This document shows positions 55,987 to 64,000 of a stretch of 64,000 nt of DNA, one piece after another. How positions within the stretch are numbered: position 1 is the stretch's first letter; each line of letters begins with the position of its first letter. The notes beneath the pieces were generated by a model. It was not told where the DNA came from and did no database searches. It saw nothing but the letters and a program-made list of their open reading frames with translations. Both the position numbers and the translations under genes were made by a program. The stretch lies in sequence record SRR20825006_2113; one strand, written 5' to 3'.

Positions 55987-58770
55987 TTGACAACATTGAC
56001 AAAAATACTAATCACGTTCCTGTTCAGCTTTGGATTTAGTTCTTATGGGCAGACAACTGTAATAGGTTTGACCTGCGAATTTAAAACAAACCCACTTGTG
56101 GTAAATGCCAACCCAAGACTTGGATGGCAATTAATGTCCAAAGAGAATAATACTTCTCAAAATGCCTATCAGATTCTCGTTGCCAGTACTCCTGAAAAAT
56201 TGAATACTGAAGATGCAGATCTCTGGAATAGTGCAAAAATAACCTCAGATCAAAGTCAGCTTGTTAACTATGCGGGCCATTACTTAAGCCCTGGAAATAA
56301 ATATTATTGGAAAGTTAAAATCTGGGATCAGGACAAAATTGCTTCAGATTGGAGTGCTGTAAATTCTTTCAGAATAGCGTTTGATGCAAATCAACTGCAG
56401 CCGGTTTGGATAGGAGCAATTACTAAAGAAAAAAGTAATCTGCCAGTAGGAAGAAAATATCACACTGCGACTTACAAAAAAGAAAAAAAAGAAGCAATGA
56501 TAAATGCTACCGATGCATTAGCTCGGCGCAGTATAATGCTTAGAAAATCATTTAAGGTTTCTAAAACTATTGAAGAAGCCGTTGTTGCAATATCTGGTTT
56601 GGGGCATTATGAGCTTAGCGTAAATGGTAGCAAAATAGGGACTAGTGAATTCGCTCCGCTTTGGACAGATTATGACAAATCTATTAATTATAATATTTAT
56701 GAGTTAGATAAAGGTACGCTGCAAAAAGGAAAAAATGCTATAGGAGTCTTACTAGGAAATGGAATGTACAATATGATAGCAGAACGCTATTCTAAATTCT
56801 TTGTGAGCTTTGGGCCTCCTACCTTGTTTTTTTATATGAAAATCACCTATAGTGATGGCACCAGTGAGATTATAAAATCAGATGAAACTTGGAAATATGA
56901 TAAAAGTCCCATAACCTTTAATAGCATTTTTGGTGGGGAGGATTACGATGCCACACTAGAGCAACCAGGATGGGACCAAGCTGATTTTAATACCGAGAAT
57001 TGGAAGCAAGTCGTAATACAGCAAGCTCCAACTGGAAAGTTACAGCCACAAACAACACCACCGATTACAATTCAAGAAGAATTTCAAGTTAAGGAAGTAA
57101 ATGAGGTGGAACCTAATACGTTTGTCTTTGATATGGGACAAAATCTCTCAGGTTTTCCCAAGATTAAAGTTAAGGGACAAAAGGGACAGCATATACGACT
57201 TTGGGTAGGAGAAGGCTTAAATGAAGAAGGTCGTATAAGTCAGGGACGCAGTGGTAAACCTTATTACTTTGACTATATATTGAAAGGTAATGGATTTGAA
57301 GAGTGGCAGCCAAAATTCAGTTATTATGGGTATCAATATATAATGGTTGAACAGATCAACTTCAAAGAAACTAAGAATTCTGAATTACCTACGCTTTTAG
57401 ACATCACATCTAATTTTATCTATAACGATTCAGGAGAAGCGGGAACTTTTGAATGTTCGAACCCTATTTTTAATAAAGCGCACGAACTGATCAATAATGC
57501 AATCAAGAGTAATTTTCAAGCAGTACTAACTGATTGTCCGCATCGTGAAAAATTAGGGTGGTTAGAAGAAGCTCACCTCAATGCCCCAGGTTTAATCTTT
57601 AATTATAATATGCAAAAATATATTCCCGGAATTATGCAAAATATCAAAGATGCACAACGGGAAAATGGCTTGATTCCTAATATTGCTCCTGAATATGTGA
57701 TTTTTGGCGGTGATTTTACAGATTCTCCAGAATGGGGTGTTACAGGAATTGTTTTGCCTTGGATGTACTATCAGTATTATGGAGATTCTTCCCTTCTAAA
57801 AAAGTACTATCCGGTAATGAAGAAGTATGTAGATTACCTCACTTCCAGAGCTGAAAATAATATCTTGTCTTATGGTCTAGGAGACTGGTATGATTACGGT
57901 GATCACGCGGCTGGGTATTCTAAAAACAGTCCTATAGCTCTTTCTGCTACAAGCCACTACTATTTTGGAGTAGAACTATTAGCAAAAACCGCAAAACTCT
58001 TAAATAAAGAAAAAGATGCACAAGCTTATCAAAAGCTGAGCAGCGTAATTAAAGAAGATTTCAATAAAGAATTTTTTAATTCGGAAACAAAACAATACGG
58101 TACTTCAAGCCAATTTAGTAATGCAGTACCAGTATTTATGGGTATTGTTGAGCCAGAGTATAAAGCTGATGTTATGCAAAATCTGGTTGAAGATATAAAG
58201 AACAAAGGCTATCGATTAACGACAGGAGACGTAGGTAATAGGTATTTGTTTCAGGCTTTAGCTCGTAATGGAGAGAATGAAACGATGTACAAAATGAATA
58301 ATCACTACGATACGCCCGGTTATGGGTTTCAGATACAATTTGGGTTGACTACATTAACAGAACAATGGGATCCTAGAAAAGGAAACAGCTGGAATCATTT
58401 CATGATGGGACAAATTGAAGAGTGGTTTTATCAAAGTCTTGCGGGTATCACACCAGATCCTGAGCATCCCGGCTTCAAACATTTTTTTATTCAGCCGGAA
58501 TTGGTGGGAGATATGAAATATGTGAAGTCTAGTTATGAATCTGTTTATGGAACAATAGTTTCAGAATGGGAAAAGAATGATAATCTGACAACCTATAAAC
58601 TAGAAATACCAGCAAATACAAGAGCTACGGTTAGAATTCCCGTGAATTCTACATCTAAAATTTTAATTGATGGAATACCGTATAAAAGACAGAGCAGGAT
58701 GCAAAATAATTCTAAAAGTTTCAATTTTCAGTTAGGATCAGGGAAGCACCTCATTACCACAGCTAATTAA
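55987..58770 (+). CDS. GH78 alpha-L-rhamnosidase (TTG start)
   Basis: N-terminal FN3-like domain, DMGQNLSG, TDCPHREKLGWL, TTLTEQW, SWNHFMMG. Confidence 0.9.
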   Translation: MTTLTKILITFLFSFGFSSYGQTTVIGLTCEFKTNPLVVNANPRLGWQLMSKENNTSQNAYQILVASTPEKLNTEDADLWNSAKITSDQSQLVNYAGHYLSPGNKYYWKVKIWDQDKIASDWSAVNSFRIAFDANQLQPVWIGAITKEKSNLPVGRKYHTATYKKEKKEAMINATDALARRSIMLRKSFKVSKTIEEAVVAISGLGHYELSVNGSKIGTSEFAPLWTDYDKSINYNIYELDKGTLQKGKNAIGVLLGNGMYNMIAERYSKFFVSFGPPTLFFYMKITYSDGTSEIIKSDETWKYDKSPITFNSIFGGEDYDATLEQPGWDQADFNTENWKQVVIQQAPTGKLQPQTTPPITIQEEFQVKEVNEVEPNTFVFDMGQNLSGFPKIKVKGQKGQHIRLWVGEGLNEEGRISQGRSGKPYYFDYILKGNGFEEWQPKFSYYGYQYIMVEQINFKETKNSELPTLLDITSNFIYNDSGEAGTFECSNPIFNKAHELINNAIKSNFQAVLTDCPHREKLGWLEEAHLNAPGLIFNYNMQKYIPGIMQNIKDAQRENGLIPNIAPEYVIFGGDFTDSPEWGVTGIVLPWMYYQYYGDSSLLKKYYPVMKKYVDYLTSRAENNILSYGLGDWYDYGDHAAGYSKNSPIALSATSHYYFGVELLAKTAKLLNKEKDAQAYQKLSSVIKEDFNKEFFNSETKQYGTSSQFSNAVPVFMGIVEPEYKADVMQNLVEDIKNKGYRLTTGDVGNRYLFQALARNGENETMYKMNNHYDTPGYGFQIQFGLTTLTEQWDPRKGNSWNHFMMGQIEEWFYQSLAGITPDPEHPGFKHFFIQPELVGDMKYVKSSYESVYGTIVSEWEKNDNLTTYKLEIPANTRATVRIPVNSTSKILIDGIPYKRQSRMQNNSKSFNFQLGSGKHLITTAN

Positions 58771-58774
58771 ATTT

Positions 58775-60214
58775 ATGATTTATTCAAGATACATTATACA
58801 AAGAATCCTATTTACTTTATCGATTTCGTTAGGATTTTTATTTTTTGCATACCCACAGCAAACATCTGATACCAACTTTAGGAAATCGGTTAGTGAAACA
58901 ATTCAAATTATTGAAAGTTTGTTTGATGTAGAGGTAGTTGATGACCGGAATTTGTTAGGAAATAAAGAACTTGAGTATGCAGATTGGCGTATTCAACAGG
59001 GAAATCTGGAAGTTTCTTTGACTAATGTATTACTTCCATTTAACCTCACCTATTTTAAACAAGCAGATGGTACTTATCTAATCCGCAAATTTGAACACCA
59101 TAAAATATCAATTGACAAGGCTGTAAACAAACTTGCTTTTTTATCAAAAAACTTTTCTACACTTAAAGAGTGGGAAACTCGAAAAGCTTCACTTAAAGCT
59201 TGTATGCGTGAAACGTTTGGTTTAAATAATGCTCCAAGAATAGCCCATTTAAAACCTATTCTAACTAAGAAAAGAACCTATAAGGGGTATAGTGTAGAAA
59301 ATATAGCAATCGAAGTTTTACCCGGTGTTTACGCAACAGGATCAATCTATAAGCCTTATCCATTAAAAGAGAAAGCAGCGGTAATTATTACACCAAACGG
59401 TCATTTTATGGATGGTCGTTATCGTGAAGATGAACAAATACGCTGTGCTATGTTAGCTAAAATGGGAGCTGTGGTCATCAATTATGACTTATTTGCTTGG
59501 GGAGAATCTGAATTACAATTTCCTGTAGAAAACCATCAAAATAGTATTGCATCAACAGTTCAAGTTATAACTGGGATTCGCCTTTTAGATTACGTATTAA
59601 GCTTAAAAAATATTGATAAAGCACGTATTGGTGTAACGGGCGGTTCTGGGGGTGGATCGCATACGATGTTTCTGGCTGCACTTGATGAGCGGGTGAAGGT
59701 TTCTGTTCCAGTTGTTATGGTTTCTTCACATTTTTCAGGCGGCTGCCCCTGTGAGAGTGGAAGGGGCATTCATTTATGTGGTGGAGGTACAAATAATGCT
59801 GAGATTGCTGCTCTAGCAGCACCTAAACCTCAACTTATCATTTCTGATGGTGCGGATTGGACTTATACTGTCCCCGAGCTTGAATTTCCTTTTATTAAAA
59901 CTATTTATGGGTTTTATGGTAAATCAGAAGTGGTAGAAAATGCGCATTTCCCAAAAGAAGGTCATGACTATGGACATTCAAAGAGAATGGCGATGTATCC
60001 CTTTATGGCCAAATATTTAGATCTCGATCTGGATAAAGTAAAAGATATTAATGGAATGATTGATGAATCATCTTGCGTGATTGAAGATAAAGAAGCGCTT
60101 TTGGTCTTTGGTAAATCCGGAGAAGAATTACCAAAGAATGCACTTAGAGATATCGACCACTTGTACAAGCTATTTGGAGAAGAAAATAAAAAAAATACAG
60201 ATGTTAAAAAATAA
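58775..60214 (+). CDS. Alpha/beta-hydrolase carbohydrate esterase, CE19/BT1017-like pectin methylesterase candidate
   Basis: GVTGGSGGG nucleophile elbow, GGCPCES, DGADWT, GHDYG. Confidence 0.72.
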   Translation: MIYSRYIIQRILFTLSISLGFLFFAYPQQTSDTNFRKSVSETIQIIESLFDVEVVDDRNLLGNKELEYADWRIQQGNLEVSLTNVLLPFNLTYFKQADGTYLIRKFEHHKISIDKAVNKLAFLSKNFSTLKEWETRKASLKACMRETFGLNNAPRIAHLKPILTKKRTYKGYSVENIAIEVLPGVYATGSIYKPYPLKEKAAVIITPNGHFMDGRYREDEQIRCAMLAKMGAVVINYDLFAWGESELQFPVENHQNSIASTVQVITGIRLLDYVLSLKNIDKARIGVTGGSGGGSHTMFLAALDERVKVSVPVVMVSSHFSGGCPCESGRGIHLCGGGTNNAEIAALAAPKPQLIISDGADWTYTVPELEFPFIKTIYGFYGKSEVVENAHFPKEGHDYGHSKRMAMYPFMAKYLDLDLDKVKDINGMIDESSCVIEDKEALLVFGKSGEELPKNALRDIDHLYKLFGEENKKNTDVKK

Positions 60215-62675
60215 TGTAACCTATAGGATTCTGATCGCTCTTTGTATTTGTGCCTTTCAACAAATAAGTGCACAAAAAAAATCAGATCTCAAATTATGGT
60301 ATGACGAGCCCGCCCAGATTTGGAACGAGGCCTTGCCATTGGGAAATGGAAGGCTAGGAGCGATGGTCTTTGGTGATCCTGCTGTAGAACGTTTACAGCT
60401 TAATGAAGAGACTATTTGGGCTGGTTCTCCTAACAGCAATGCTCACGAAGAAGCATTACCTGTACTTTCAAAAGTCCGTCAGCTCATTTTTGATGGAAAA
60501 TATGCAGATGCACAGCAGCTGGCAACTGATAAAATAATGTCTCAAACGAATAACGGTATGCCTTATCAAACCTTTGGGAGTGTTTATATTTCTTTTCCAG
60601 GGCATCAGGATTACAGTAATTATTACCGTGATTTAGATATTAATAATGCGGTAGCTAAAGTTCAATATGATGTAAATGGAGTTACATATACGCGAGAAAT
60701 TCTTACAGCTTTTAAGGATCAGGTTGTTGTTGTGAAACTTTCAGCAAATCAGCCGGGCGCCATAACCTGCAATTTGTTTATGAATAGTCCATTCGACAAA
60801 ACCTTAACAACTACTGAGAATAAGGCAGTCTCCCTTTCAGGAACTACAAGTACTTGGGAAGATCAGAAAGGTCGTGTAAAATTTCATGGCATCATGGAAG
60901 CAACGAATGAAGGCGGAAAACTTGCAGTAAAGAATGGTATTATAAGTATAGAAAACGCTAATTCAGCTACCGTTTATATTTCAATAGCAACCAATTTTAA
61001 AAACTACAAAGACCTAACTGAAGATCAGGACGTAAAAAGCAAGTCGTATCTAAACAAAGCAACTTCAAGAGATTTTAAAAGTATAAAAGCAGATCACATT
61101 ACTTACTACAAAAGCTTTTTTGATCGAGTATCCTTAGACCTAGGGATTACAGAAGCTATAAAGGAAACTACAGATCAACGTATTCTGAAGTTTTCGGAAC
61201 GATATGATCCACAATTGGCGGCGCTTTATTTTCAGTTTGGGCGCTATTTATTGATTTCCAGTTCTCAACCCGGTGGGCAACCTGCTAACCTTCAGGGGAT
61301 TTGGAATGATATGCTTTTTCCGCCGTGGGAAAGTAAATACACGATGAATATTAATGCAGAAATGAATTACTGGCCGGCAGAGCTTACTAATCTTTCTGAA
61401 ATGCACGAACCCTTCATTCAAATGGCTAAAGAACTAAGTGTAACTGGCCACGAAACTGCTAGGCAAATGTATGATGCAGATGGCTGGGTTTTGCATCATA
61501 ATACAGACATCTGGAGAATTACGGGTCCTATAGATTATGCAGCTTCAGGAATGTGGCCAACAGGTAGTGCTTGGGTTTCTCAGGATTTATGGGAACGTTA
61601 TTTGTATACCGGTGATCAGGATTATTTAAAGGAAATCTATCCGATTATTAAAGGCGCTGCGACCTTCTTTTTAGATTTTATGATAATTGATCCCGAAACA
61701 GGTTATTTAGTTGTTACACCTTCCAGTTCCCCTGAAAATACACACGCCGCTGAAGAGGGTAAATCTACAATCGCTGCAGGTACAACAATGGATAATCAGT
61801 TAGTATTTGATTTATTTACTAATACAATTCGTGCGACCAAAATTTTAGATGAAGATAAAGGACTTGCAAAAAAGCTTCAAAATGCACTAATTAGAATGTC
61901 ACCTATGCGCATAGGAAAGCACAGTCAACTGCAAGAATGGATGCACGATTGGGATGATCCTGAAGACCATCACAGACACGTGTCTCATTTATACGGCTTG
62001 TTTCCAAGCAATCAGATTTCTCCATTTAAAACTCCAGAATTATTTGAAGCTGCTAAAAACTCATTGAAGTACAGAGGAGACGAATCTACAGGTTGGTCTA
62101 TGGGGTGGAAGGTTAACTTGTGGGCGCGGTTACAAGATGGCAATCACGCTTATAAATTATTACAAGATCAGTTGAGTCTGGTTTTACCAGAACAGCGAAA
62201 AGGTGGTGGTACTTATCCTAATATGTTAGATGCCCATCAACCCTTTCAGATTGATGGAAACTTCGGTTGTACTGCGGGTATTGCAGAAATGTTGATGCAA
62301 AGTCATGAAGGAGCGATTCATCTTTTACCATCATTGCCAGATGTCTGGAGTGAAGGTGAGATTACAGGTTTAATTGCCAGAGGGGGATATGAGATAGACT
62401 TAAGCTGGAAAAATAATAAGATTTCAAAAATATCACTAAAGGCTAAGTACGATGGCAATTGTAGAATACGATCAAAAACGGCTTTGAAAGGGAACAACGG
62501 TAAAAGTCTAAAACGAGCTAATGGATCAAATCCTAATGCGTTCTTGTATGAAGTAATAGTTAAAGAACCCATTATTTCAGCAGAAGCAGATTTGGATAAA
62601 GTAAAGCTTCCGCGGTATTATGAATACGATGTACCGGTAAAAGCTGGAGAAACTTACACCTTTTATGGCAATTAA
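60201..62675 (+). CDS. GH95 alpha-L-fucosidase/alpha-L-galactosidase (start MLKNN, 60201)
   Basis: EALPLGNGRLGAM, FGRYLLISSS, NLQGIWN, KYTMNINAEMNYW, HRHVSHL, FQIDGNFG. Confidence 0.92.
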   Translation: MLKNNVTYRILIALCICAFQQISAQKKSDLKLWYDEPAQIWNEALPLGNGRLGAMVFGDPAVERLQLNEETIWAGSPNSNAHEEALPVLSKVRQLIFDGKYADAQQLATDKIMSQTNNGMPYQTFGSVYISFPGHQDYSNYYRDLDINNAVAKVQYDVNGVTYTREILTAFKDQVVVVKLSANQPGAITCNLFMNSPFDKTLTTTENKAVSLSGTTSTWEDQKGRVKFHGIMEATNEGGKLAVKNGIISIENANSATVYISIATNFKNYKDLTEDQDVKSKSYLNKATSRDFKSIKADHITYYKSFFDRVSLDLGITEAIKETTDQRILKFSERYDPQLAALYFQFGRYLLISSSQPGGQPANLQGIWNDMLFPPWESKYTMNINAEMNYWPAELTNLSEMHEPFIQMAKELSVTGHETARQMYDADGWVLHHNTDIWRITGPIDYAASGMWPTGSAWVSQDLWERYLYTGDQDYLKEIYPIIKGAATFFLDFMIIDPETGYLVVTPSSSPENTHAAEEGKSTIAAGTTMDNQLVFDLFTNTIRATKILDEDKGLAKKLQNALIRMSPMRIGKHSQLQEWMHDWDDPEDHHRHVSHLYGLFPSNQISPFKTPELFEAAKNSLKYRGDESTGWSMGWKVNLWARLQDGNHAYKLLQDQLSLVLPEQRKGGGTYPNMLDAHQPFQIDGNFGCTAGIAEMLMQSHEGAIHLLPSLPDVWSEGEITGLIARGGYEIDLSWKNNKISKISLKAKYDGNCRIRSKTALKGNNGKSLKRANGSNPNAFLYEVIVKEPIISAEADLDKVKLPRYYEYDVPVKAGETYTFYGN

Positions 62676-62685
62676 AAGATTAAAA

Positions 62686-64000
62686 ATGAAATTCAGAATT
62701 CAGTCAATTTTTTTAATTGCAATACTTTGCTTCAGTGCATTTTTAAGTAGTTGTAAAACATCAGCCACTGCTCAGAGCCAAAATTTTTCAACAGTATTAA
62801 ACGCAAATGATTTCGAGCATTATGCAGTGTATTTCAATACGATGGAAGATGAAAATATTGCGAAAGCGATCCCCAATGAAAAATCTTGGGAATGGATGAA
62901 ACAAAATATTCCATTATTTGAGTGTCCTCAACAAAATTTTGAAGAAATCTATTACTACAGATGGTGGACAGCCCGTAAACATATTACAGAGACTCCTCAG
63001 GGGTTTGCTATAACCGAATTTCTGGTAGAACGCTCCTATGCTGATAAATACAATTTGATCAGCTGTGCGTTGGGGCATCATATAAATGAGTTTCGCTGGT
63101 TGCACAATCCTGAATATATTGAACAAGACGTGCATTTATGGTATCGAGGAAATGAAGGTGGTCGGATGAAAAAACTGAGAACATTTAGTAGCTGGACCGC
63201 AAATGCATTATACAGCAGGTATCTGGTTAATAAAGATGAAGAATTTCTATTAGATATGTATCCTGATCTGGTTGATGAATATGCAGCTTGGGAAGGTGAC
63301 AGAAAACGTACTGATGGATTATTCTGGCAACACGATGTAAAAGATGGAATGGAAGAATCACTCAGCGGTGGTCGTCATGTGCGTAACGCACGCCCTACAA
63401 TAAATAGTTATATGTATGGTAACGCCAGAGCTTTGGCTAAAATGGCAAATTTAAAGGGAGATAATGCTGATGCAACATATTTTGAAGCTAAAGCAGATAC
63501 CCTGCAAAAACTTGTAGAAAGTAAATTGTGGAATGCAAAAGATGAATTTTTTGAAACTTTTACAGAAAAGGATACTTCTGCACACGTGCGTGAGGCAATA
63601 GGGTTTATCCCTTGGTATTTTAATTTACCTGAGGCCAATAAAGGTTTTGAAAAAGCCTGGGAGCAATTTAATGATAAAGATGGGTTTTGTGCCCCTTTTG
63701 GTACGACAACGGCCGAAATGAGAAGTCCGCGATTTAGAAGTCACGGTACTGGAACCTGCGAATGGGACGGTGCAGTATGGCCTTTTGCCACTTCACAAAC
63801 CTTAACAGCTCTTAGTAATGTGTTGAACAATTATGATCAGAATGTGGTTAATACTACTGATTATTTTAGAGAGCTTAATAAATATGTAGAATCTCAATAT
63901 TATAGAGGTAGACCGTATATAGGAGAGTACCTTGATGAATCTACAGGATACTGGTTAATGGGAGACCGGGAGCGCAGTAGATATTATAATCATTCGACAT
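62686..64000 (+). CDS. GH142-like beta-L-arabinofuranosidase, lipoprotein; partial, runs off the window
   Basis: Hand translation MKFRIQSIFLIAILCFSAFLSSC...FNTMEDENI...NIPLFECP...YYYRWW...DGMEES...CEWDGAVWPFATSQTL. Absent from the ORF track because it has no stop in the window. Resembles the BT1020 C-terminal domain (recalled). Confidence 0.75.
   Translation, partial: MKFRIQSIFLIAILCFSAFLSSCKTSATAQSQNFSTVLNANDFEHYAVYFNTMEDENIAKAIPNEKSWEWMKQNIPLFECPQQNFEEIYYYRWWTARKHITETPQGFAITEFLVERSYADKYNLISCALGHHINEFRWLHNPEYIEQDVHLWYRGNEGGRMKKLRTFSSWTANALYSRYLVNKDEEFLLDMYPDLVDEYAAWEGDRKRTDGLFWQHDVKDGMEESLSGGRHVRNARPTINSYMYGNARALAKMANLKGDNADATYFEAKADTLQKLVESKLWNAKDEFFETFTEKDTSAHVREAIGFIPWYFNLPEANKGFEKAWEQFNDKDGFCAPFGTTTAEMRSPRFRSHGTGTCEWDGAVWPFATSQTLTALSNVLNNYDQNVVNTTDYFRELNKYVESQYYRGRPYIGEYLDESTGYWLMGDRERSRYYNHST

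Noticed and set aside
42491-60214. Long N-terminal extensions/overlaps from the ORF track for SusD (42491), DUF3826 (46260), 47005 and GH95 (60081)
   Set aside because: Downstream ATGs (42524, 46326, 47032, 60201) put signal peptides at the N-terminus and remove implausible overlaps; not frameshifts or pseudogenes.

Overview
AT-rich Bacteroidota DNA, most likely Flavobacteriaceae, in two parts. (1) 1-8.3 kb is an accessory/stress region. It has an AT-rich hypothetical gene bracketed by integron-cassette-like GTTGGGCATA...TATGCCCAAC ends, an HNH nuclease, two small ORFs missed by the ORF track and a DUF5694-like lipoprotein. It also has a mutagenesis cassette: umuD-umuC behind a consensus Bacteroidota promoter carrying three GGA-N5-TCC boxes at 19-bp spacing, plus a SRAP/YedK gene flanked by two paralogous ~87-aa unknown proteins. 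(2) 8.6-64 kb is a >54-kb single-strand polysaccharide utilization locus, divergent from an AraC regulator and running off the right edge. Its enzyme set (GH141, GH78 x2, GH2 x2, GH137, GH106, SASA acetylesterase, GH139, PL1 x2, GH127, SusC/SusD, GH140, GH28, GH43, GH143, CE19-like esterase, GH95, GH142) closely matches the rhamnogalacturonan-II (RG-II) apparatus described for Bacteroides thetaiotaomicron. The best candidate for an undescribed system is the module at 9.7-17.8 kb: GH141-mutarotase fusion, signal-peptide-less YicI-like GH31, PhyH-family Fe(II)/2-oxoglutarate dioxygenase, Na+/sugar symporter and TIM-barrel isomerase. I infer it imports and splits 2-O-methyl-xylosyl-fucose and oxidatively demethylates 2-O-methyl sugars. 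All family calls come from motif recognition by eye, not database searches.
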